Source of the DNA: Deinococcales bacterium
Lineage (GTDB): Bacteria > Deinococcota > Deinococci > Deinococcales > JAAFIG01
Length of the DNA stretch: 25,070 nucleotides
Reading direction: 5' to 3'
NCBI GenBank assembly: GCA_043778225.1
Contig: JAYWGM010000046.1
Span: forward strand, 1 to 25,070
A program made the position numbers and the translations under genes. Of the stretch, positions 16,671 to 24,582 are shown in pieces; position 1 is the stretch's first letter; every line of letters begins with the position of its first letter. Below the pieces are notes generated by a model, which worked only from the letters and a program-made list of their open reading frames with translations, did no database searches and had not been told where the DNA came from.

Positions 16671-17387
16671 TTAGGTCTCTCGAGTTTGGGTGCTGAGTGC
16701 GTTCAGGATAAACCCGCTATAAATCACCATATCTTGCAAAAAGTGAATTGACCATGCCCAAAATATGCCATGGGTCTCGAGAACGGATTTTGCCAGCAAC
16801 CAGCCCAAAACCCCAGCCATGACTGCACCAATAATCCCGTTGGGCATCCCGCGCAGGTGCGGTGCGCCAAAGGCAATGGCAGAAAAAAGCATGATGTACT
16901 GTGGCTCGAGGCTGCCAAAAAGTGGCACAATCACACCGATTCGATAAATGATTTCTTCGCCAAAAGAATTGCTTAAAGAAAACAACACTATATAAGGCAC
17001 AAACCCAATAAGCTGCTTGATATTTTTAGCCGATGTACGAAATTGCAAATAGATAAACGTCGCTGTCAAAAGCGTAATAAACAGCCCTAAGCTCGAGCCA
17101 AGGGTCAGCCAAGACTGACCATCGGCAATGCCAAACAGCGCCACTCCCGAAGCCGATAAACTTGGGTTGCCAAAACTCAAAAAAGTGTTGAAATTTGTCG
17201 GGCTTACCGCGTATATTATTGCCAACACCGCTATCGCAACAAGCATCAAGAGTGTTTGGTACTTACTTTGGGTATTGATGTACTCGAGGTGGTGAATAGA
17301 GAATGGATTTTTCTTGGCATACCGACTCAAGCCTAAAATAATCGCGGTGGCGCTGAACACAAGAACAACAGTCAACATAATTTGCAT
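16671..17387 (-). CDS. CPBP-family (Abi/Rce1-like) intramembrane glutamic/metallo protease
   Basis: GEEIIYR, AFGAPH and SIHFLQD motifs in a hydrophobic protein; SD AAGGA upstream. Confidence 0.85.
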   Translation of the reverse strand: MQIMLTVVLVFSATAIILGLSRYAKKNPFSIHHLEYINTQSKYQTLLMLVAIAVLAIIYAVSPTNFNTFLSFGNPSLSASGVALFGIADGQSWLTLGSSLGLFITLLTATFIYLQFRTSAKNIKQLIGFVPYIVLFSLSNSFGEEIIYRIGVIVPLFGSLEPQYIMLFSAIAFGAPHLRGMPNGIIGAVMAGVLGWLLAKSVLETHGIFWAWSIHFLQDMVIYSGFILNALSTQTRET

Positions 17388-17404
17388 CAGATTTTCCTTT
17401 TTGA

Positions 17405-17424
17405 TACGTGCATGATTGTATGTA
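17405..17424. promoter_or_regulatory. Degenerate second copy of the TetR operator, upstream of the CPBP gene
   Basis: TACGTGCATGATTGTATGTA matches 18055-18074 at 15/20 positions; both are followed by AAA(A/TA)GTCAA (TTGACT on the minus strand). Confidence 0.6.
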
Positions 17425-17438
17425 AAATAGTCAAAAAA

Positions 17439-18047
17439 TTAGGCTCGAATTCCAGCCATCATCACCTCCGCCAAAGCATCGGCGCTTTGCTCGAGGTTAA
17501 AGCCATCGGGGTGGGTACTCCAAAGATGAAATAAACCAATCTGTAAGGATAAAAACATTTGGGCAAGCTCGAGTGGCTGCAAGGTTGGGCGGACAACACC
17601 AAGTCGGATACCATCTTCAAACGAGCGCTTGAGTAACTCGAGCGAGGCTTGACGACCAGCCCCCAATTGTTGTTTTGCTGCCTCAAGTTCGGGGTTTGAC
17701 TCGAGCTTAAACATCACCAACTCGATTGTGGCGCGGTAGGTCAAATCGGTTTCTACCGCGATAATTTGCTCAACAAAAACCCGATGCAGAATCTCGAGAA
17801 ACGTTCCGCCTTGGCTTAGGGCTTGTTCGACAATCTGCTGTGGTTGATCAATCGCTTGTGCTAAAAGTGTGTTGAACATTTCGGCTTTACCAGCAAAATG
17901 ATGGTACAACGCACCTCGAGTTACCTTGGCAGTATTGGCGATTTCTTCGAGCGTACTGGCGGTGTAGCCTTTGCTGCTAAAAACCATCAGGGCTGCTTGT
18001 AAAAGCGCTTGGCGGGTTTGGTCTGCATCTTCTTTACGGCGCTTCAT
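17439..18047 (-). CDS. TetR/AcrR-family transcriptional regulator
   Basis: MKRRKEDADQTRQALLQAAL.VF..KGY...TLEEIA..AKVTRGALYHHF, an AcrR-like HTH; ATG 18047. Confidence 0.92.
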   Translation of the reverse strand: MKRRKEDADQTRQALLQAALMVFSSKGYTASTLEEIANTAKVTRGALYHHFAGKAEMFNTLLAQAIDQPQQIVEQALSQGGTFLEILHRVFVEQIIAVETDLTYRATIELVMFKLESNPELEAAKQQLGAGRQASLELLKRSFEDGIRLGVVRPTLQPLELAQMFLSLQIGLFHLWSTHPDGFNLEQSADALAEVMMAGIRA

Positions 18048-18054
18048 GGTAATA

Positions 18055-18074
18055 TACAAACATAAATGTATGTA
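18055..18074. promoter_or_regulatory. Palindromic TetR operator (likely autoregulatory)
   Basis: TACAAACAT-AA-ATGTATGTA, 9-bp arms with one mismatch, ending 7 nt upstream of the tetR ATG. Confidence 0.7.
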
Positions 18075-18092
18075 AAAAGTCAACACCACCTC

Positions 18093-18121
18093 TTGACAGT
18101 TGGCGTATCGAGGGCTAGGCT
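18093..18121 (+). promoter_or_regulatory. Sigma70-type promoter of the acyl-CoA operon
   Basis: TTGACA (18093-18098), 17-nt spacer, TAGGCT (18116-18121). Confidence 0.75.
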
Positions 18122-18124
18122 AAA

Positions 18125-18146
18125 ACCAACCAAATACTTGTTTGGT
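18125..18146. promoter_or_regulatory. Palindromic operator overlapping the predicted transcription start (KstR2-like)
   Basis: ACCAACCAAATACTTGTTTGGT is 18/22 self-complementary. Its core ACCAAATACTTGTT is one mismatch from the actinobacterial KstR2 motif AnCAAGnnCTTGnT. Confidence 0.65.
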
Positions 18147-18171
18147 CTGACTCGAGCAGACTAGGAATTTT

Positions 18172-18792
18172 ATGAGTGAACCCACACCGCGTATAGCGGA
18201 GATACCCATATCGCGCCGTCATGACTTAATCGCTATCGCCGCCACCGAATTTGCGCGGCGTGGCTACCGTGCCACCACGATGCGCCATATTGCCGATGCG
18301 GCTGGTATTCTAGCGGGCAGTTTGTACCACCACTTTAAGTCCAAAGAAGAAATTCTGCGCGAAGTGATGCTTGAAAGTACAACCCAGTATGTGATTGAAC
18401 TTGAGGCGATTGCTACAAGTCAAAGCTCGAGTTTAGAGAAAATCGAAGCTGCTATTATTCATCGGCTCGAGTTGTACCAACAACAAGGAATGTCTTTGGG
18501 CGTGGTTTTACAAACCGATAAAACCACTTTGCAAGAACCGATGTTCCTCGAGATGCGCCAGCTTGGTCGGCGCATAGATACAGCTTGGGACAGCATTCTC
18601 GAAGAAGGTAAACAAAACAGCAGTCTGCCCGCCGACCTCGAGACACGAGCGATTACTTATGCCATTGTCGGGATGCTCAATTGGGCGCATCGCTGGTACA
18701 ACCCCGATGGGCGACTCGAGCCAAAAGCCTTGGCTCGAGTGTGGGCAAATATGGTGCTAAACGGGATACTTTCCCCAAAAGGTCAATCATGA
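18172..18792 (+). CDS. TetR-family regulator, KstR2-like
   Basis: FARRGYRATTMRHIADAAGILAGSLYHHFKSKEEIL HTH and GMLNWAHRWYNPDG C-terminal motif. Confidence 0.9.
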   Translation: MSEPTPRIAEIPISRRHDLIAIAATEFARRGYRATTMRHIADAAGILAGSLYHHFKSKEEILREVMLESTTQYVIELEAIATSQSSSLEKIEAAIIHRLELYQQQGMSLGVVLQTDKTTLQEPMFLEMRQLGRRIDTAWDSILEEGKQNSSLPADLETRAITYAIVGMLNWAHRWYNPDGRLEPKALARVWANMVLNGILSPKGQS

Positions 18793-19775
18793 GCATTGGG
18801 ATTTTGGCTACCGGTATTTATCTGCCCGAGCAGCGCATGACGGCTTTGCAGATTGCTGATGCTTCTGGGTTGCCGCTCGAAGTGGTGCGGCACAAACTGG
18901 GGATTACCCAAAAACCAATTCCAAGTGCCACCGACCACAGCAACGCGATGGGTATTGCGGCAGCAAAAATCGCGCTTGAGAAAGCCAAGCTCGACCCCCA
19001 AGAACTGGATTTAATCATTTGTATCACCGAAGAACACAAGGAATTTCCAGTCTGGACTGCTGGTATTGATTTGGCGCACGCCATTGGTGCAACGCGGGCT
19101 TGGGCATTTGATGCCGCGCAAAAATGTGGTTCGTTTGTGCTGGCAGCTAAACTTGCCAAAAGCCTGATGCTCGAGGACAACAGCCTAAAAACCGTGCTGA
19201 TTGCAGGTGGCTACCGAAATTCGGACTTAATTGAGTACACCGACCCCAATGTGCGTTTTATGTACAACCTTGGCGCAGGTGGTGGGGCTGCGATTTTACA
19301 ACGTGGTGCGCCACATTTGCTGCTTGGCTCAAGCTTTATCACCGATGGCGAATTCTCGCGGGATGTGATTGTGCCAGTTGGTGGCACGTGTGCGCCACTG
19401 ACCCCCGAAAATCTGCACCAATACCGTCTGCAAGTGCCAGACCCAAAAGGCATGAAAGCGCGGCTTGAAGCAAAAAGTTTGGACAATTTTGTGCGGGTGG
19501 TGCAAGAAGCGGCGCAGCGCAGTGGCTTTGAAGCCATCGACTACCTTGGTATTCTGCACATGAAACCGAGCGCCCACAAAATCATTCTCGAGCGACTTGG
19601 GTTAGGCAGCCAACAAGCCATTTATTTATCCGATTATGGACATATCGGGCAAATAGACCAGTTGCTTTCGCTCGAGTTAGCCTTGGAGCGCGGTTTAGTA
19701 CAGATTGGCTCGAGGATTATTTTAGCTTCGGCTGGGGTTGGTTATGTTTGGAATGCAGTTGGGGTGCAGTGGTGA
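18789..19775 (+). CDS. 3-oxoacyl-ACP synthase III (FabH)-like thiolase-fold enzyme
   Basis: ATG 18789 (ATGA overlap); GIYLPE, AFDAAQKCGS (Cys), GAGGGAAIL, ILHMK, YGHIGQ and SAGVGYVW. Confidence 0.85.
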   Translation: MSIGILATGIYLPEQRMTALQIADASGLPLEVVRHKLGITQKPIPSATDHSNAMGIAAAKIALEKAKLDPQELDLIICITEEHKEFPVWTAGIDLAHAIGATRAWAFDAAQKCGSFVLAAKLAKSLMLEDNSLKTVLIAGGYRNSDLIEYTDPNVRFMYNLGAGGGAAILQRGAPHLLLGSSFITDGEFSRDVIVPVGGTCAPLTPENLHQYRLQVPDPKGMKARLEAKSLDNFVRVVQEAAQRSGFEAIDYLGILHMKPSAHKIILERLGLGSQQAIYLSDYGHIGQIDQLLSLELALERGLVQIGSRIILASAGVGYVWNAVGVQW

Positions 19776-21886
19776 TTTTCTGGCGTGGAGCTTGGATTAA
19801 CCGAGATGCCTTTGAAGCACGAATCTCAAAGCTGAGTGCTTTTTTGCAATCTGTTGGCGTGGTAACTGGTGAGCGGGTGGCAATACTGGCGCAAAATCAT
19901 CCGATTCATCTCGAGGGTATCGAGGCAGCGCGGCGTTTTGGCTGGATTCATGCACCACTCAATTATCGTTTGCCGCCGCTCGAGCTTGCGCCGTTGGTGG
20001 CGTATATCGCGCCAAAAGTGCTGATTTATGGCGCAGAATTTGAAGCTCAGGCACTTGAAGCAAAACGCCAGAGCCAAGAAGTACAACTTTTTAGGCTCGA
20101 GGACATCGAAAGGCTTGATGGTCTTGAGTCGCCATCGCAGCAACCAAGTCGCCCTGAAGATACAATTATGCTGCTTTTTACGGGTGGTACAACTGGCACA
20201 CCCAAAGCTGCCCAGATTACTCGAGCCATGTTTGAAACAAATATTGCCGATACGATTGCAGCTTGGCAACTGAGCCGCCAAGATTGCACTGTGGTTGCTA
20301 CCCCAATGTTTCACGCTGGGGTCAATGCGCTGGCTACGCCTTTGCTCGAGCTTGGTGGGCGGGTGGCGATTCTCGAGAAATTTACGCCAGAAGGCTATTT
20401 AGAAATGGTTCGGGATTCTGAGGCGACGCTTTTATTTGCTGTGCCGACGATGTTTCAGATGTTGATTGAATCGGCGGCGTTTACCAATTTTGACTTCTCG
20501 AGCATTAAATACGCGATTACTGGCGGTAGTCCATGCCCCAGTCGGGTGCGAAATGCTTTTGCGGCTAAGGGCGTGCAATTCAAATTGGGCTACGGCATGA
20601 CCGAAGCGGGGGTCAATTGCTTTACCCAAAATCTCGAGCTTGCCCAATTAAAACCAAACAGTGTTGGGTTTCCAATGCCAAACCTCAAAGCAAGATTGCA
20701 CAACGAAAACGGTGCAGAAGCCAACTCAGGCGAACTGATGCTGTCGGGCAAGCAAATTATGGCTGGTTATTGGCAAAAACCACTCGAGACTGCCCAAGTC
20801 TTGCGCCTGATTGATGGCGAAATGTGGTTGCTGACCGGCGACCTCGCTACCCGCGACGCAGATGGTGATTACAGCATTATTGGACGCAGCAAAGAAATGA
20901 TTATTTCGGGCGGCGAGAACATTTATCCGCTCGAAATCGAACGCGCCATAGACGAACACCCTAGCGTCCTTGAGTGCGCTGTTTTGGGTGTACCCGATGC
21001 CCAGTGGGGCGAAGTGGCACTGGCGGTGGTGGTGACTCGAGTAGCAATTTCGCTCGAAAATCTACGCGAGTTTTTGCGGCAGCGTTTGGCAAACTATAAA
21101 ATTCCAAAGCATTATGTCTTTATGGCAGAACTTCCCAAAAGTGCGGCTGGCAAAATCTTAAAAAGTGTCTTGAGAAAAGATTTTATCAAAGCTCGAGAAC
21201 TGGTTTTGCTGCATGGCAATTATGCCTCGGGGCGTTGGTGGCAGGATTTTTTTGGTTATTTTGCGCCAACCTTGCCCGGCTTTGCAGCTACCCCAGCCCT
21301 CGAGCAAACATCCATTGCGACCCTCTGCGATTGGCTCGAGCAAAAAATGGCGCATCTTAAAAAGCCCGTGCTGCTGGGGCATAGCCTTGGTGGAGTCTTG
21401 GCGCTCGAGTTAGCAGCTCGCCACCCGCAAAAATATGCTGCTTTGATTTTGGTCTCGAGTCCGAGCCTGACGGGTTTTGTCCACAATCCAGCCGGTGACG
21501 CAATCAGGGCGCAATTGCCACACAACCGTGCGTTGCTCGAGCAAATTTTTAAGCTGCAAAGCCCAAGTTTGCGCGAGCATTCTGGCGAACGCTGGGAAGG
21601 AATTCTTGATGATGCCCAAAGTTTGCCATTTGAAATTGGCAATGGTTTAGCCATTGAACTTGGACGTTGGAATCGGCTCGAGTCAGCCGATGTGTTGGCA
21701 CAGCTTCCGACCCTGATTCTTGGCGGACAAGCCGATATGCTGGTCACACCAGACATCACCCAAAGGCTGGCGGCACAACTGCCACAGGCTCACCTCGAGT
21801 TACGTGAAGGTGTTGGGCATTGGTTGCCACTCGAGCAGCCCGAGTGGTTTCAGGCTCGAGTACAAGCATTTTTGGAGGCTCTATGA
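19772..21886 (+). CDS. Acyl-CoA synthetase (AMP-binding) fused to a C-terminal alpha/beta hydrolase
   Basis: GTGA overlap at 19772. Ligase motifs FTGGTTGTPK, PMFHAG, GYGMTE, TGDLA, GRSKEMIISGGENIYP and LPKSAAGKILK continue in frame into LVLLHGN, GHSLGG, GQAD and GVGHW. Confidence 0.88.
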   Translation: MIFWRGAWINRDAFEARISKLSAFLQSVGVVTGERVAILAQNHPIHLEGIEAARRFGWIHAPLNYRLPPLELAPLVAYIAPKVLIYGAEFEAQALEAKRQSQEVQLFRLEDIERLDGLESPSQQPSRPEDTIMLLFTGGTTGTPKAAQITRAMFETNIADTIAAWQLSRQDCTVVATPMFHAGVNALATPLLELGGRVAILEKFTPEGYLEMVRDSEATLLFAVPTMFQMLIESAAFTNFDFSSIKYAITGGSPCPSRVRNAFAAKGVQFKLGYGMTEAGVNCFTQNLELAQLKPNSVGFPMPNLKARLHNENGAEANSGELMLSGKQIMAGYWQKPLETAQVLRLIDGEMWLLTGDLATRDADGDYSIIGRSKEMIISGGENIYPLEIERAIDEHPSVLECAVLGVPDAQWGEVALAVVVTRVAISLENLREFLRQRLANYKIPKHYVFMAELPKSAAGKILKSVLRKDFIKARELVLLHGNYASGRWWQDFFGYFAPTLPGFAATPALEQTSIATLCDWLEQKMAHLKKPVLLGHSLGGVLALELAARHPQKYAALILVSSPSLTGFVHNPAGDAIRAQLPHNRALLEQIFKLQSPSLREHSGERWEGILDDAQSLPFEIGNGLAIELGRWNRLESADVLAQLPTLILGGQADMLVTPDITQRLAAQLPQAHLELREGVGHWLPLEQPEWFQARVQAFLEAL

Positions 21887-22281
21887 ATTGGACAGTTGGC
21901 GACTCGAGAACCTTAGTCAAAACCATTTCGGATGCCGATGTGGTTTTGTTTTCCCAAGTTTCTGGCGACTTGAACCCGATTCACTTGGATGATACCTATG
22001 CCGCCACAACTCGCTTTGGCAAACGAATTGCTCACGGTGCATTACTGGCTTCCTATATCTCAAACATCATCGGCAACCAAATTCCCGGACAAGGCAGTAT
22101 TTACCTCTCCTCGAGCCTTAAATTTCGCGCCCCGACTTTTATTGGCGATACCGTTAGTACCATCGCCACAATTGTCACTATCCGCCCCGACAAACCGATT
22201 TTTAGTCTCGAGTGTGTCTGCAAAAATCAACACGAGGAGGTGCTGTGCCACGGAGAAGCCGTTGTTTTGTACGAGCCGTAA
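21883..22281 (+). CDS. MaoC-family (R)-specific enoyl-CoA hydratase (PhaJ-like)
   Basis: ATG 21883 after GGAGG; SGDLNPIHLD...TRFGKRIAHG hydratase motif, PGQGSIYL and FRAPTFIGDTV. Confidence 0.9.
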   Translation: MNWTVGDSRTLVKTISDADVVLFSQVSGDLNPIHLDDTYAATTRFGKRIAHGALLASYISNIIGNQIPGQGSIYLSSSLKFRAPTFIGDTVSTIATIVTIRPDKPIFSLECVCKNQHEEVLCHGEAVVLYEP

Positions 22282-22327
22282 CTTCTGCCCTTTTCCCCCT
22301 TTCACCCTTAGTCTTTTGGAGGTTTTT

Positions 22328-23530
22328 ATGAATTGGAAAGCCATTATCGCCCTGAGTTCAAGCGCTGCGCTGCTTTTGGGTCTCTCGAGCGCCCAACAAA
22401 CCAACGCCGTTAAAGTTGGTAGTATTTTGCCACTCACGGGTGCTTCAAGTGTTTCGGGCAAAGCCGCCGAGACTGGGTATCAATTGGCGCTCTCGGAAAT
22501 CAATGCGACTGGTGGGGTGTTGGGCAAACCCTTGCAATTTACGCTCGAGGACGATGCCAGCACTCCAGCCACAGCCATCCAGACTTTTACCAAACTCTAT
22601 ACCGTAGATAAAGTTGACTTTTTTGCGGGTGGCTTTGGCAGTGGTAATGTGATTGCAATTTCAGGGGCAGCCAAGCAATTTGGCGCGTTTATGTACACCC
22701 TTGGTGCGGCAGCCATTCCAGTCGAAGATGCCTATGCGACCTATCCGCATTTTTTCCATATTCATCCGTGGGCGTATTACAACAACCAAGCCGTGGTGGA
22801 CTTCTTTAAGTTTTTACAGCGCTCTAAAAAAGCCAAAAATATCGCCGTGGCTTATGAGGATGGTGTTTTTGGTTCGGGCGCACCAATTTTTGCCGAACAA
22901 ATCAAAAAAGAAGGCTTTAATGTGGTACTGCTCGAGAAATTCAAAACTGGCACAGGTCAGTTTGCACCAATTATTTCTAAAGCCAAAGGTTTAGATGTGG
23001 ATATTTTCTACTGGATTGGTTACGACGCAGATGCACTGCCGATTGCCCAGCAAAGTAAAGAACTGAACTTTAACCCTGGCATTATTTATGGTGTCCCAGC
23101 CAGTTGGCCTGTTGGTTTTGAAAAAAATAAACTCAGCCAAGGGGTCAGTGGTTTGAGCCTGTGGTTGCCAACCAGCCCACTCAAAGCCAGTAAAGAATTT
23201 GTGACGGCATACACCAAAAAATTTGGCACAATTACCCAAGAATACATTGCGCCACTTGCCTATGTGCAACTTAAAACCTTAGCTGCTGCGATTAACCGCG
23301 CTGGCAGCACCGACAAGGACAAAGTCGCCACCGAACTTGCCAAAACCGATATTTCGACTCCATTTGGCAGACTGACTTTCTCGAGCAGCCTAAAAATTAA
23401 AAATCAAGGCTTTAAGACTGGTGAATGGCTGAATTTCCAGTTCCGCAACGGTAAGCGCGTGCCAGTCTTCCCTATTCCAGTTGCCAGCGCCCCAATCATT
23501 TATCCTGTGCCAGATTGGAACTCGAGGTAA
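22328..23530 (+). CDS. ABC transporter substrate-binding protein (LivJ/K-type, periplasmic binding protein type 1)
   Basis: ATG 22328 after GGAGG; signal peptide ending LSSA-QQ; VKVGSILPLTG, EINATGGVLGKPL, EDDAS and AAINRAGSTD. Confidence 0.88.
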   Translation: MNWKAIIALSSSAALLLGLSSAQQTNAVKVGSILPLTGASSVSGKAAETGYQLALSEINATGGVLGKPLQFTLEDDASTPATAIQTFTKLYTVDKVDFFAGGFGSGNVIAISGAAKQFGAFMYTLGAAAIPVEDAYATYPHFFHIHPWAYYNNQAVVDFFKFLQRSKKAKNIAVAYEDGVFGSGAPIFAEQIKKEGFNVVLLEKFKTGTGQFAPIISKAKGLDVDIFYWIGYDADALPIAQQSKELNFNPGIIYGVPASWPVGFEKNKLSQGVSGLSLWLPTSPLKASKEFVTAYTKKFGTITQEYIAPLAYVQLKTLAAAINRAGSTDKDKVATELAKTDISTPFGRLTFSSSLKIKNQGFKTGEWLNFQFRNGKRVPVFPIPVASAPIIYPVPDWNSR

Positions 23531-23532
23531 AT

Positions 23533-24540
23533 ATGCCAAAGCTCAAAACAAGTCGTTTGGAAACCCATTTTTTACAAACTGGCTCGAGTGGGCAACGCTT
23601 GGTCTTGCTGCATGGCAATGTCTCGAGCAGCGCTTTTTTTGCGCCGTTGCTCGAGAGCCTGCCAAGCGATTGGGCAGTGCTTGCTCCAGATTTACGCGGT
23701 TATGGTCTTTCGGAAAATTTGCCAATAGATGCAACCCGAGGCTTATCCGATTGGGCAGATGACCTTTGGGCGTTGCTCGAGGCGAAGGGTTGGACAGACA
23801 ATGTTCATCTTTTGGGCTGGAGCATGGGGGCGGGTGTGGCGATTCAGGCTTGCCTTGACCACCCCAAAGCCTTCAAAAGCCTGACGCTGGTTGCGCCCAT
23901 CTCACCATTTGGTTTTGGTGGCACACACGGCACAGACGGCACATCAAACAGCCCTGATTATGCTGGTTCGGGCGGCGGCACGGTCAATGCCGATTTTGTT
24001 AAAGCGATACAAAACCGCGACTCGAGCGAGACCCAAGGCAGCCCACGTTGGGTTCTTAACAACTTTTATTTTAAGGCTGGATTTCGGGTTGTTCCAGACC
24101 TCGAGGAAACCCTACTGCAAAGTATGTTCAGCACCGTCTGCGGAACAGACAATTACCCTGGCGATTTTGTATCTAGCCCAAATTATCCGATGGTTGCGCC
24201 TGGAACTCGAGGGGTTGCCAATGCTTTTAGCCCCAAATACCAAAATTTAAGTGGTTTTGCCGAGCTTTCACACATTCCAGTCCTTTGGCTTCGCGGCGCA
24301 CATGACCAAATTGTTTCGGACACCTCGAGTTTTGACATGGCATTTTTAGGCAGTCTTGGGGTTATACCGGGCTATCCCGGTGTAGAAATCTGCCCACCGC
24401 AAGCCATGAACAGCCAAACTCGAGCCATGCTTGTCAGCCACGGCAATTTTAGCGAAGTGGTTTTTCAAAATAGTGGTCACACACCATTTCTTGAAGAGCC
24501 AGCCCTGTTTCTCGAGGAGTTAAAGAAATTCATAACCTAA
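23533..24540 (+). CDS. Alpha/beta hydrolase (esterase/PhaZ-like)
   Basis: LVLLHGNVSS, APDLRGYG, nucleophile GWSMG, GAHDQIV and SGHTPFLE. Confidence 0.88.
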   Translation: MPKLKTSRLETHFLQTGSSGQRLVLLHGNVSSSAFFAPLLESLPSDWAVLAPDLRGYGLSENLPIDATRGLSDWADDLWALLEAKGWTDNVHLLGWSMGAGVAIQACLDHPKAFKSLTLVAPISPFGFGGTHGTDGTSNSPDYAGSGGGTVNADFVKAIQNRDSSETQGSPRWVLNNFYFKAGFRVVPDLEETLLQSMFSTVCGTDNYPGDFVSSPNYPMVAPGTRGVANAFSPKYQNLSGFAELSHIPVLWLRGAHDQIVSDTSSFDMAFLGSLGVIPGYPGVEICPPQAMNSQTRAMLVSHGNFSEVVFQNSGHTPFLEEPALFLEELKKFIT

Positions 24541-24567
24541 ATTTCCCACCAATAAAAGCAGCCGAGG

Positions 24568-24576
24568 TGCTACCCT
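24568..24576 (+). promoter_or_regulatory. Extended -10 of a leaderless ftsH transcript
   Basis: TGcTACCCT lies 6 nt before ATG 24583, with no SD in between. Confidence 0.6.
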
Positions 24577-24582
24577 AGCAAG

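Noticed and set aside
21989..22327. 113-aa N-terminal extension of the binding-protein ORF
   Set aside because: Overlaps MaoC in another frame; the SD and signal peptide point to ATG 22328.
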